A stretch of 64,000 nucleotides of DNA from Planctomycetota bacterium (GTDB lineage: Bacteria > Planctomycetota > Phycisphaerae > Phycisphaerales > UBA1924), in NCBI GenBank assembly GCA_033763975.1, contig JANRJM010000013.1, forward strand, positions 312,603-376,602, read 5' to 3'. Positions 9,413 to 18,825 of this stretch are shown here, in pieces. The notes under the pieces were generated by a model, which saw nothing but the letters and a program-made list of their open reading frames with translations, was not told the origin of the DNA and made no database searches. The translations under genes and the position numbers were made by a program. Every line of letters begins with the position of its first letter. Positions within the stretch are counted from its first letter, which is position 1.

Positions 9413-10669
9413 CTAGCGCCGGGACTTGGCCTTTTTGGCCGTCTTCTTGGCGGCGGTCTTCGTGTGTGCGGGCTTCTTGGCCGCTGTCTTCGTGACGGCT
9501 GTCTTCTTGCCGCTGGCACTCTTCGCCGGCGGGGCGCCCCAGCCCGCGGGGATGCCCTGCGTCCAGGTGTCCATCGAGCGCGACTCGGGGTTGAAGCCGT
9601 CGCCCGGGATCGGGTGCGAGCCCTTGGTGAAGGTGCTCACGCTGCTGAGGTGCGCCGTCTTCGGCGTGTACTTCTGCGTGAACTGGTCGTAGATCCAGCG
9701 GAAGGTCTTCTCCATGCCGTCACGCAGGCGCGTGTCGGGCTCCCAGCCCAGGTACTGGTTGATCTTGGTGTTGTCGCTGTTGCGTCCCGCGACGCCCCGC
9801 GGCGCGTCGAGCTTGTACGTGCGCTCGAGCTTCACGCCCGCGATCTCCTCGGCGATGTCCACGAGCTGGTTGATGCTCACGAGCTCGCTGCTGCCGAGGT
9901 TGATGGGCTCCAGGATGTCCGAGTGCGTGATGCGGTCGATGCCCTTCACGCAGTCGTCGATGTACATGAACGAGCGGGTCTGCGTCCCGTCGCCCCAGAT
10001 CTCGATCTCGTGCTTGCCCGAGACCTTCGCCGCGATCACCTTGCGGCAGATGGCGGCGGGGGCCTTCTCGCGCCCGCCCTCCCACGTCCCGTGCGGGCCG
10101 TACACGTTGTGGAAGCGCGCCACGCGCGCGTGCAGCCCGAAGTCCTCGCGGAAGTGGCGGCACATGCGCTCGCTGAAGAGCTTCTCCCAGCCGTAGCCGT
10201 CCTCGGGCAGCGCGGGGTACGCGTCCGCTTCCTTGAGCGCCACGATGTTCGGGTCCTTCTGCTTGTCCGCGTTGTACACGCACGCCGAACTCGCGTAGAA
10301 GAACCGCGACACGCCGGCCTCCTGCGCCGCCAGGATCATGTGCGTGTTCGTCAGCACGCTCAGCATGCACAGGGCCTTGTTGTTCTCGATGAACCCCATG
10401 CCCCCCATGTCCGCCGCGAGCTGGTACACCTCCGACGCCCCGCGGCACAGGGCGCGACAGACCTTGAAGTCGCGACAGTCGCCCCCCAGCTTCGTCGTCG
10501 AGCCCGGCCCGGCGTAGTTCTCCGCGTGCCGGTGCACCTGGTACCACTCGTCCAGCGGCTTGACGTCCGCCGCCCGGACGTGGTGCCCCTGCTCCAGCAG
10601 CCGGGCCACCAGGTGCCCGCCGATGAACCCGCCCGCGCCCGTGACGACGATGATGTTGCCCTTCGCCAT
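9413..10669 (-). CDS. GDP-mannose 3,5-epimerase-like NAD-dependent epimerase with a Lys/Ala/Thr-rich C-terminal tail
   Basis: TGAGGFIG, LAADMGGMGFI, FYASSACVY, YGWEKLFSE, GREKAPAAICRK; SD GGAGAGG before ATG 10669. Confidence 0.88.
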   Translation of the reverse strand: MAKGNIIVVTGAGGFIGGHLVARLLEQGHHVRAADVKPLDEWYQVHRHAENYAGPGSTTKLGGDCRDFKVCRALCRGASEVYQLAADMGGMGFIENNKALCMLSVLTNTHMILAAQEAGVSRFFYASSACVYNADKQKDPNIVALKEADAYPALPEDGYGWEKLFSERMCRHFREDFGLHARVARFHNVYGPHGTWEGGREKAPAAICRKVIAAKVSGKHEIEIWGDGTQTRSFMYIDDCVKGIDRITHSDILEPINLGSSELVSINQLVDIAEEIAGVKLERTYKLDAPRGVAGRNSDNTKINQYLGWEPDTRLRDGMEKTFRWIYDQFTQKYTPKTAHLSSVSTFTKGSHPIPGDGFNPESRSMDTWTQGIPAGWGAPPAKSASGKKTAVTKTAAKKPAHTKTAAKKTAKKAKSRR

Positions 10670-10813
10670 GACCTCTCCCGCCGGCGCCACGACGCCGCTG
10701 CTCGGTGTGTGTTCAGCCCCGCGCCCCGCCCGCCGGGGGCAGAATCGTACGTTCCCGGACCCGACGCCGGTTCGCGGAGCGGCCCGGAGCATCGGCGCGG
10801 AATCGCGCCGACT

Positions 10814-11797
10814 TCACGTTCCGCCCCGCACATCGCCCGCATTCGCCCGGTACCACGCCACCGTCCGGGCCAGGCCTTCCTCCAGCGTCACCCGGGGCGA
10901 CCACCCCAGCATGGCCGCGGCCCGCGCCCCGTCAAGGCTCCGCCGCGCCTGCCCGTCGCCCTTGCTCGTGTCCCACACCGTCTCGCCCTTGAAGCCCGCC
11001 AGCCCCGCGACGATTCCCGCCAGTTCGCGGATCGACACCTCGCGCCCGCCCGTCAGGTTGATCGGCGTCCCGTCCGACACGACTTCCGCCGCCCGCAGCA
11101 GCCCCTCCGCGGCGTCGTCGATGTACAGCAGGTCGCGCAGCGGCGCGCCCGAGCCCCAGTTCACGACCCGCGCCGCGCCCGCGCGGGCCGCGTCGACGTA
11201 CTTCTTCGTCAATGCACCCGCGACGTGCGAGGTCGCCGGGTTCGTGTTATCCCCGGGCCCGAAGAACCCCGTCGGGATGACGTACGCGAAGCGCAGGGCG
11301 TGCTCCAGCCGGTACGACTCCAGCAGTTGGTGGGTCGCGAGCTTGGCCACGCCGTAGCTGGCGATCTCGGCGTCGGGCCGGCCCCGCCACAAGTCATCTT
11401 CGCGGTACGGGCACGGGGCGTCGGCCGGGTACGAGCACATCGTCCCCACCTGCACGAACGTCAAGCCCCCCAGCAGCCCCGCGGCCCGGCAGGCCTCGAC
11501 CAGGTGCAGCGTCATGACCAGGTTGTCGTGGAAGAACCGCGACGGCCATTGGCGGTTCGCCCCCAGCCCGCCCACAAACCCCGCGAGGTGCAGGATCAGC
11601 GTCGGGCCCCGCCCCTCGAAGCACGCGCCGACGAGCCGCTCTGCCTGGTCCTGACGTGTCAGGTCGCACGCGCCGCGCGTCGGGGCGAGGATCGCGTGCG
11701 CGGGCACGCCCCGGAGGTTGAGCGCGTGCCGCACCGCACGGCCCAGAAACCCCGAGCCCCCGGTGAGCAGGATCCGCTGGTCTGCGAGGTCGAGCAT
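10814..11797 (-). CDS. fcl: GDP-L-fucose synthase family epimerase/reductase
   Basis: TGGSGFLG, CDLTRQ, HLAGFVGGLGAN, YGVAK, SHV, WGSGAPLRDLLY, DGQARRSLD. Confidence 0.82.
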   Translation of the reverse strand: MLDLADQRILLTGGSGFLGRAVRHALNLRGVPAHAILAPTRGACDLTRQDQAERLVGACFEGRGPTLILHLAGFVGGLGANRQWPSRFFHDNLVMTLHLVEACRAAGLLGGLTFVQVGTMCSYPADAPCPYREDDLWRGRPDAEIASYGVAKLATHQLLESYRLEHALRFAYVIPTGFFGPGDNTNPATSHVAGALTKKYVDAARAGAARVVNWGSGAPLRDLLYIDDAAEGLLRAAEVVSDGTPINLTGGREVSIRELAGIVAGLAGFKGETVWDTSKGDGQARRSLDGARAAAMLGWSPRVTLEEGLARTVAWYRANAGDVRGGT

Positions 11798-11802
11798 GCG
11801 CG

Positions 11803-11861
11803 AGCGTAGCGTGGGCCGTCACGGGTTTTCGCGCGTGCCGGGCCGATCGGGCCGATAGGGT
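11803..11861. promoter_or_regulatory. Divergent leaderless-type -10 boxes (fcl / GT4)
   Basis: TACGCT (-) 11808-11803, 5 nt before the fcl ATG; TAGGGT (+) 11856-11861, 6 nt before the GT4 ATG. Confidence 0.6.
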
Positions 11862-11867
11862 TGGCCG

Positions 11868-13148
11868 ATGCACGTCGCCATCTTCGAGCCCAACAACGAC
11901 GGGCACCGGTACACGCACATCAAGCGTCTGCTGCCGGTGCTCCACGAGGCCACGCGCCAGGCCGGCGCGCGCCTCACGTTTGTCACCAGCCGCGAGGGGG
12001 CGGCGTCGCCCGAGTACGCCGCCCAGATCAAGGGCGTCGAACACCTGGCCAGCGTCGACGCGACCATGCCGTTCGTCAAGGCGGCGGACATGAACGTCAC
12101 GCTCGCGTCGTTCGCCACGCACCTGCGCCGCGTCGCGCACGACCTCAAGGCCGACCACATCCTGATGCCCTACGCCGACGGCACGATCCAGACCGTCGGC
12201 ATGCGCCGCCTCACGGGGCGGTTCTCCGTTCCCCGCGGGTGCGAGATCGAGGGCCTGATGATGCGGGGCAGTTTCGCGTACGAGCAGGGCGGCGGGCTCA
12301 AGGCGGCCCTGCGCCCGCGCGCGTGGCTCGCGCTCACCGCCGCCGCTCCCTTCCGCGTGATCCATCACATGGACCCGATCGTCGTGCGAGCCCTCGAGCG
12401 CCGAGCGCCCTCGCTCGCGCGCCGGGTGCGGCTCATCCCCGACCCCGTCGAGCCGTTCGACCCGCCCGCGCACGCCGACGCTCGGCGCTCGCTGGGCATT
12501 CCCGAGGACGGGCGGTACGTCGGGTGCGTGGGGTACCAGGATCGTCGCAAGGGGATCGACCTCCTGATCCGCGCGTTCCTGAAGGCCGACCTGGGCCCGT
12601 CGAACCGGCTGCTCCTCGCGGGCAAGCAGGAACAGGCGATCAAGGACCTGCTGGCGGGCGACGCGGCCGGGGCGGTGCGCGATGGGCGGATCGTCTGTCT
12701 CGCGCGGTACATCAGCGACGAGGAACTGCGCCTGGGCGTGGCGGCATTGGACGTCGTGTGCACGCCCTACCCGCCCGGCGCGGGGCACAGCGGGAGTTCG
12801 TCGATCGTCATCCACGCCGCCGGGCAGGGCAGGCCCAGCCTCGGCACCGATCACGGGTGGGTGGGCGACGCCATCACGCGATTCGGGCTCGGCTGGACGT
12901 GCGACGTGATGGACAACGCCGCGTTCGGGAGCGCGATCCGCCGGTCGATGGAGGCGGCCCCGCAGTTCCGGCTTCCCGAGCGCGGGCGGCGGTTCGTCGA
13001 GTTCCACCGCCCGGACAACTTCGGGGCGTGCTTCACGCGCCGACTGCGCGAGCGGCTGAACCTCCCGCCGGTGCAGAACCTGCGCGACTGGGCCTGGGTG
13101 ATGGAAACCGCCGCGCAGGCCCCGGCCGACGCGAACACGCGGGCGTAG
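11868..13148 (+). CDS. Glycosyltransferase, GT4-like
   Basis: HVAIFEPNNDGHRYTH N-terminus; CVGYQDRRKGIDLLIRAF; DVVCTPY...SSIVIHAAGQGRP. Confidence 0.82.
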   Translation: MHVAIFEPNNDGHRYTHIKRLLPVLHEATRQAGARLTFVTSREGAASPEYAAQIKGVEHLASVDATMPFVKAADMNVTLASFATHLRRVAHDLKADHILMPYADGTIQTVGMRRLTGRFSVPRGCEIEGLMMRGSFAYEQGGGLKAALRPRAWLALTAAAPFRVIHHMDPIVVRALERRAPSLARRVRLIPDPVEPFDPPAHADARRSLGIPEDGRYVGCVGYQDRRKGIDLLIRAFLKADLGPSNRLLLAGKQEQAIKDLLAGDAAGAVRDGRIVCLARYISDEELRLGVAALDVVCTPYPPGAGHSGSSSIVIHAAGQGRPSLGTDHGWVGDAITRFGLGWTCDVMDNAAFGSAIRRSMEAAPQFRLPERGRRFVEFHRPDNFGACFTRRLRERLNLPPVQNLRDWAWVMETAAQAPADANTRA

Positions 13149-13237
13149 TCGGCCGATGAACATTTTTCGGGTTCCGGACGTCGTGTCGGTGTAGCCTTGA
13201 AGGCACGGGATTCTCGGACGCTGGCCTCGCACGCACG

Positions 13238-13270
13238 ACCAGACGCCTTACCAGACGCCCCACGAGACGC
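13238..13270 (+). repeat. Three 12-bp-periodic direct repeats ACCAGACGC/ACGAGACGC directly upstream of the FkbM start
   Basis: ACCAGACGCCTT ACCAGACGCCCC ACGAGACGC-ATG read directly. Confidence 0.6.
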
Positions 13271-14014
13271 ATGAGCCGCAAACTCCACAAGGTGCTGAAC
13301 GCCGCGCTCCCCATGGGCGTGCGCAAGGGGCTGAAGGAATCGGCCAAGGCGTTCATCCCGACGCTGCGCCACCTCGACATGCCGGTGCGCCTGCGCCACC
13401 TGGCGTCGCGGGGGTTCGCGCCGGGGGTGATCTACGACGTGGGGGCGGCGACGGGCGAGTGGTCGCGGATGGCGCACGAGATCTGGCCGCAGGCGAGGAT
13501 CGTGGGCTTCGAGCCCAACGCCCGCGAGGTGCCCCACCTCGACGCGACGAAGCGCGACGTGCCCGGGTTCGACTACCGCCGGTGCTTCCTGGGTCGCGCG
13601 CGCGGCACGGTGGAGTACTTCGACAACGACACGCAGACGAGCCTGCTCGACGACAGCGCCCGGGGCGTCAAGACGACCGCCGAGATGCTCGTGCTCGACG
13701 AACTGATCGCCTCGGGCGACATCCCGGCGCCGCAGTTCGTCAAGCTCGACGTGCAGGGCTACGAGCTGGAAGTGCTGTCCGGGGGCGAGGCGGCGATGCG
13801 CGGCGCGCAGGCGCTGCTGCTCGAGGTGAGCTTCATCCCGTTCCACCCGGGGTTGCCGATCGTGCGCGACGTGGTGGAGTTCATGCACGCGCGCGGGTTT
13901 GTGTGGTTCGACGTGCTGGGGCTGCTGCGCCGGGCCTCCGACGACGCGCTCCTGCAGATGGACGTGCTGTTCGTGCGGGGCGACAGCCCGCTGCGCGCCG
14001 GGGGGGCGGCCTAG
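13271..14014 (+). CDS. FkbM family methyltransferase
   Basis: IYDVGAATGEW, GFEPN, FVKLDVQGYELEVLSGG, LLLEVS. Confidence 0.88.
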   Translation: MSRKLHKVLNAALPMGVRKGLKESAKAFIPTLRHLDMPVRLRHLASRGFAPGVIYDVGAATGEWSRMAHEIWPQARIVGFEPNAREVPHLDATKRDVPGFDYRRCFLGRARGTVEYFDNDTQTSLLDDSARGVKTTAEMLVLDELIASGDIPAPQFVKLDVQGYELEVLSGGEAAMRGAQALLLEVSFIPFHPGLPIVRDVVEFMHARGFVWFDVLGLLRRASDDALLQMDVLFVRGDSPLRAGGAA

Positions 14015-14947
14015 ATGTCCAACGCGATGCCGAGCGTCCGCGACCAGTCCTCGATGGCCCTGACCCCGGCCGAGCTGCGCCTGCTGGACCAGCGTGCGAA
14101 GCTGGCGACGGGCTCGGCGATCCAGAAGGTGCTGTCGCGCCCCGCGCCGACGCTGGTGTCGAAGGTGATGGAGCGCTGGTGCCGCGCCCGGGGCCGGGCC
14201 TACCCCACGCTGGCGACGACGTTCTGGGGCGCGCCGATGCACGTCGTGGTTCCGGACCGCGTGTCGCTGACGATCATGCGGTACGGGTTCTTCGAGGACG
14301 ACCTGACGAAGGTCTTCGCGCTGGTGCTGCGCCCGGGGATGGTGTTCTTCGACGTGGGGTCGCACTTCGGGTACTTCTCGCTGCTGGCCTCGCACCTGGT
14401 GGGCCCGAGCGGGCAGGTGCACGCCTTCGAGCCCACGCCCAGCACGTACGAGGTGGTGTCGAAGAACCTGGCCCCGCTGGCGCACGCGCGGGCGAACAAC
14501 GTCGCGGTGTGGCGCGAGGACAGCGAGATGACGTTCCGGGATTTCGGGGTCGAGTTCAGCGCGTTCAACTCGCTGGGGGCGAGCAAGCTGACGCAGGCCG
14601 AGCTGGCGCGTGCGCGGGTGCGCGAGGTGAAGGTCCGGGCCCGCTCGCTGGATTCGTACGTCGCCGAGACGGGCGTGGCGCCCGACTTCCTGAAGATCGA
14701 CACGGAGGGCGCGGAGCTCGACGTGCTGCGCGGGATGGAGCGTCTGCTCGCCGAGAAGCGTCCGGCGCTCACGCTGGAGGTGGGGGACGTGGGCACGCAG
14801 GCCGGCGATCGCGAGAGCCGGCGCGTGGTCGACCACATGCTCGCGCGCGGGTACGACGCGTTCGAGCTCGCCGGCGACCGGCTTGTCCCGCACACGCCCC
14901 GGGAGCGGTATGACTACGGGAACATCCTGTTCGGCCCCCGCGCCTGA
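14015..14947 (+). CDS. FkbM family methyltransferase
   Basis: FFDVGSHFGYFS, VHAFEPTP, FLKIDTEGAELDVLRG. Confidence 0.9.
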   Translation: MSNAMPSVRDQSSMALTPAELRLLDQRAKLATGSAIQKVLSRPAPTLVSKVMERWCRARGRAYPTLATTFWGAPMHVVVPDRVSLTIMRYGFFEDDLTKVFALVLRPGMVFFDVGSHFGYFSLLASHLVGPSGQVHAFEPTPSTYEVVSKNLAPLAHARANNVAVWREDSEMTFRDFGVEFSAFNSLGASKLTQAELARARVREVKVRARSLDSYVAETGVAPDFLKIDTEGAELDVLRGMERLLAEKRPALTLEVGDVGTQAGDRESRRVVDHMLARGYDAFELAGDRLVPHTPRERYDYGNILFGPRA

Positions 14948-14963
14948 GGCGCCGGCCCCCGCG

Positions 14964-16499
14964 ATGGGGCGCGCGGTAGCGCACGGCTCGTTCTGGATGG
15001 TCGTCAACACCGGCATCACCCGGGCCGCCAGCCTCGGCGCCACCATCATCCTCGGACGCCTCCTCGACGACCACGCCTGGGGCATCTACGCCCTGGCGAT
15101 GTCCGCCGCCGCCATCGCCGGCACGTTCCGTGACGGGGGCGTGCGCCACCTCCTGATGCAGCGCCAGAAGGAGTACGAGACGCTCATCGGGCCGGTCTTC
15201 TGGCTCGCGCTCGCCTTCAACCTCGCCTGCGGCGGGGCGCTCGCGCTCGCCGCCCCGCTCATCGCGCGCGCGGTCGCCGAGCCCGAGGCCACGCCCCTCA
15301 TGCTCGTGATCGCCGCCTCGCTCCCCCTCAGCACGCCCGGCGTCATCATGCAGGCCAGGCTCTCGATCGACCTGCGCTTCCGCGAGGTCGGGTACATCAT
15401 GGGCGCCAGCGGCGTGGTCCGCTTCGGCGGCGCGATCATCCTCGCGCTCCTGGGCGTGGGGCCCTTGGCCTTCGTGCTCCCGCTGCTGGCGTGCGCGCTG
15501 CTCGAATGGGCGCTGTCATGGCGCATCACGCGCGAGCGCCTCTGGACCCGCCCCGCGCACGCGTCGCGCTGGCCCGCGATGATCGGCGCGAGCGCGTGGA
15601 TCATGCTGGGCGCGCTGGGCGTCTCGGTCATCAACTGGGGCGGGAATCTCTCCGTCAAGCCCTTCGTCGAGACCGAGATCGTCGGCGCCTACTTCTTCGC
15701 CTTTCAGATCGTCGTGCAGGTGGGGATCCTGCTCTCCAGCAACCTCAACGCCGTGCTCTTCCCGGCGCTCGCGAAGATCGCCAACGAGCCGGCGCGCCTC
15801 GCGCAGGCCTCGGCGCGGGCGCTGCGTCAGGTCATGCTCCTGGCGGCCCCGATGAGCGTGGGGCTGGGCGTCACGTTCCCCGCCATCGAGGCGCTGCTCT
15901 TCGCGGGCAAGAAGAGCGAGAGCGTCACCGCCGTGCTCATCCAGGGCGCGACGTACGCCTTCGCGGTGCTGCTCGCCGTCCCCCTCTCCGTGCAGCAGGC
16001 GCGCGGGCGGTTCCGGTCGTGGGCCATCGGGCTCACGCTCACCGGGCTCGCCGGGCTCGTCGCCGCCGCGGGCGGGGCGGCGATGCACGGCACGCCCGCG
16101 GGCATCGCCGCGTGGGCCGGCGGGTTCACCGCGCTCAGCGGCGTCGCGTACGCGCTCGTCACGCTGCGCCGCATCGGCGTGCCGATCTCCGACACGCTCG
16201 CCAGCGCGCTGCCCGGCTGGGCCGCGGCCGTCGCCTGCGGCGCGCTCGCCTGGTGGGTGGACTCGCGCCTCGCCGGGCTGGGCGTCGGCGTCGTCCCGTC
16301 GCTCGTGCCCGAGGGCCTCCGCCGGTACGTGTTCGAGTGCGTGCGGCTTGTCATCGTCGGGAGCGTCTTTGGCGCGTCGTTCACGCTCGTCGCGCGCGTG
16401 CTGCTGGCCGGGCACGTGCGCGAAGCGCTCGCGCTCGTCCCCGCCCGCCTGCGCGGGCATGCCGAGCGCCTGCTGCGCCTGCGGAGCGCGCCAACGTGA
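14964..16499 (+). CDS. wzx: Wzx-type oligosaccharide flippase
   Basis: Multi-TM protein; LGRLLDDHAWGIYALA, ARLSIDLRFREVG, AYFFAFQI, VLFPALAKI. Confidence 0.8.
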   Translation: MGRAVAHGSFWMVVNTGITRAASLGATIILGRLLDDHAWGIYALAMSAAAIAGTFRDGGVRHLLMQRQKEYETLIGPVFWLALAFNLACGGALALAAPLIARAVAEPEATPLMLVIAASLPLSTPGVIMQARLSIDLRFREVGYIMGASGVVRFGGAIILALLGVGPLAFVLPLLACALLEWALSWRITRERLWTRPAHASRWPAMIGASAWIMLGALGVSVINWGGNLSVKPFVETEIVGAYFFAFQIVVQVGILLSSNLNAVLFPALAKIANEPARLAQASARALRQVMLLAAPMSVGLGVTFPAIEALLFAGKKSESVTAVLIQGATYAFAVLLAVPLSVQQARGRFRSWAIGLTLTGLAGLVAAAGGAAMHGTPAGIAAWAGGFTALSGVAYALVTLRRIGVPISDTLASALPGWAAAVACGALAWWVDSRLAGLGVGVVPSLVPEGLRRYVFECVRLVIVGSVFGASFTLVARVLLAGHVREALALVPARLRGHAERLLRLRSAPT

Positions 16500-17743
16500 G
16501 CGACGATGCGACGCAGCCAGACGGCGCGCCTCCGTCCCGCGGGCGGGGCGGTGGGGCCCTGCGGCGCGCCGTCGGCGCGCTCGGCGCGCTGGGGTGCGCC
16601 GTGTCGGTGCTCGTGTGGGCGATCGGGGCCCTGCTGAGCGACCGCGCCCACTGGTCGCAGTACGCGGCGTGGGTGCCGACGTGGGCCAGCCTCGGCGGGG
16701 CGGGCGTGCTGTGGGGCGTGTGGGGCTTCGCCCGGCGGGCCGGCTCGCGCTGGGAACGTGCCACAGGCAGGCCGCGCCGGAGACGGGCGTGGGGCCTGTA
16801 CGCGTTCGCGCTCGTCATCGCGGCGGGGCTCGCGTGGATGGTCGTGGTCGAGTGGCGCGTGCCGCGTGGGTTCGTGACGCACGCGACCAGCCCACGCGGG
16901 GCGCGCGTGCTGGTGTGGAACCCGTCGTGGGAGCGCATGTCGGCGTTCCACGCGCGCCTGCTCGAGCACGACCCGGACGTCGTGCTGGTCTCGAACCCGC
17001 ACCCGCACGCCGACTGGAGCGCGCTCCACGCCGGCATGGGCGACCGCACCTACGCGCTGCGCCAGGGCATGCTGGTCGTCGTGAGCCGCTTTCCCATCCG
17101 GCGGTTCGGCTGGACGGGGCTGCGGGTGGCGCCCGAGCCGGGGCGGCCGTCGTGGTGGAAGGCGCCGCGCACGTCGGCCTCGGGCGGCGAGGCGCTGTTC
17201 GTGCAGCTCGACGCGCCCGCGCTGACGGGCAACACGCCGGGCGCGTTTGACGCCGTTGCCCCCCCCGCGCCGCTGACGATCTGGTTCGTCGACCTGCCGT
17301 CGGACATGTGGATCCATCGCGAGCGCATGCTGCGCGAGGCGCGCCGGGCGATCGACGCGTTCCGGGGGCCCGTGCTGCGCCGATCCGACGACGGGCTGGA
17401 CGTGCCCGAGCAGACGCTGCGGCTGGGCCCGCTGCTGCCGGGCGGGGGCCTGACGGTCGACGGGGCCGAGCCCGCGGCCGGGTTCCCGCCGCCGGATTTG
17501 GTGGTCGGCGATCTCAACACCCCGCGCGGCAGCCGCTCGCTGCGGCACCTGGGCGCGGGGCTCACGCACGCGCACGACCAGGCGGGGCTGGGCCCGGGGG
17601 TGACGTACCCGCGCCCGCTGCCGGTGGTCGCGATCGACCACGTCTTCGTCGGGCCACGCCTGCGAGCGGCACGGTTTCTGACGGCGGACCTGGGCGTGAG
17701 CCGCCACCTGGCGCAGGTGGTGGATGTGGAGGCGGCGAACTGA
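16496..17743 (+). CDS. Membrane-anchored endonuclease/exonuclease/phosphatase (EEP) family protein
   Basis: Three N-terminal TM helices; VLVWNP, DPDVVLVSN, LVVGDLNTP, IDHVFV, SRHLAQVVDV; GTGA overlap with wzx. Confidence 0.78.
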   Translation: MSDDATQPDGAPPSRGRGGGALRRAVGALGALGCAVSVLVWAIGALLSDRAHWSQYAAWVPTWASLGGAGVLWGVWGFARRAGSRWERATGRPRRRRAWGLYAFALVIAAGLAWMVVVEWRVPRGFVTHATSPRGARVLVWNPSWERMSAFHARLLEHDPDVVLVSNPHPHADWSALHAGMGDRTYALRQGMLVVVSRFPIRRFGWTGLRVAPEPGRPSWWKAPRTSASGGEALFVQLDAPALTGNTPGAFDAVAPPAPLTIWFVDLPSDMWIHRERMLREARRAIDAFRGPVLRRSDDGLDVPEQTLRLGPLLPGGGLTVDGAEPAAGFPPPDLVVGDLNTPRGSRSLRHLGAGLTHAHDQAGLGPGVTYPRPLPVVAIDHVFVGPRLRAARFLTADLGVSRHLAQVVDVEAAN

Positions 17744-17747
17744 CCGG

Positions 17748-18800
17748 CTACTCGTGCCGTCGGTCGGAGAGCTTGTGCCCGGCGTCGCGCAGGGTCTTCT
17801 CGCGCTGCGCCAGTTCCATGTCGTGCTCGACCATCATCTTCACGAGGTCGTCGAAGCTGGTCGTCGGCACCCAGCCGAGCTTGCCTTTGGCCTTGGCATA
17901 GTCGCCCAGCAGCAGGTCGACCTCCGCGGGGCGCAGGTAGCGCGGGTCGAAGGCGACGAAGTCGCGGTAGTCCATCCCCGCGTGGGCGAAGGCCTTCTCG
18001 GCGAAGTCGCGCACCGACCACGTCTGGTTCGTCGCGATCACGTAGTCGTCGGGCTTGTCCTGCTGCAGCATCAGCCACATCGCCTTGACGTAGTCGCCCG
18101 CGAAGCCCCAGTCGCGCTTGCTGTCGAGGTTGCCCAGGTGCACCTTGTCCTGCAGGCCCATCTTGATCCGCCCGACCGCCCGGGTGATCTTCCGCGTCAC
18201 GAACGTCTCGCCCCGCCGGGGCGACTCGTGGTTGAACAAAATCCCGCACGACGCGTGCAGGTCGTAGCTCTCGCGGTAGTTCACCGTCGCCCAGTGCGCC
18301 ATCACCTTCGCGCACGCATAAGGCGAGCGCGGGTAGAACGGCGTCGTCTCGGTCTGCGGCGTCTCGATCACCTTGCCGAACTGCTCCGAGCTGCTCGCCT
18401 GGTAGAACCGCACCTGCTGCCCCGACTCCTGCTGGAACTCGCGGATCGCCTCCAGGCAGCGCATCGCCCCCATCGCCACCGTGTCGGCGGTGAACAGGGG
18501 CATGTCGAACGACACCCGCACGTGGCTCTGCGCGCCCAGGTTGTACACCTCGTGCGGACGCACCTTGCGCATCAGGTCCGCCAGCACGCTCGCGTCGCAC
18601 AGGTCGCCGTAGTGCAGGCGCAGCCGCGCCGCCGAGTAGTGCGGGTCTTGGTAGATCGGGTCGATCCGCGCCGTGTTGAACGACGACGAGCGACGGATGA
18701 TCCCGTGCACCTCGTACCCCTTGGCGAGCAGGAACTCGGCCAGGTACGACCCGTCCTGCCCGGTGATGCCCGTGATCAGCGCACGCCGCGTCGTCGTCAT
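17748..18800 (-). CDS. gmd: GDP-mannose 4,6-dehydratase
   Basis: [60 protein letters not shown]. Confidence 0.96.
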   Translation of the reverse strand: MTTTRRALITGITGQDGSYLAEFLLAKGYEVHGIIRRSSSFNTARIDPIYQDPHYSAARLRLHYGDLCDASVLADLMRKVRPHEVYNLGAQSHVRVSFDMPLFTADTVAMGAMRCLEAIREFQQESGQQVRFYQASSSEQFGKVIETPQTETTPFYPRSPYACAKVMAHWATVNYRESYDLHASCGILFNHESPRRGETFVTRKITRAVGRIKMGLQDKVHLGNLDSKRDWGFAGDYVKAMWLMLQQDKPDDYVIATNQTWSVRDFAEKAFAHAGMDYRDFVAFDPRYLRPAEVDLLLGDYAKAKGKLGWVPTTSFDDLVKMMVEHDMELAQREKTLRDAGHKLSDRRHE

Positions 18801-18825
18801 GGCGGAAACTTCCTCTCCGGCGCCC

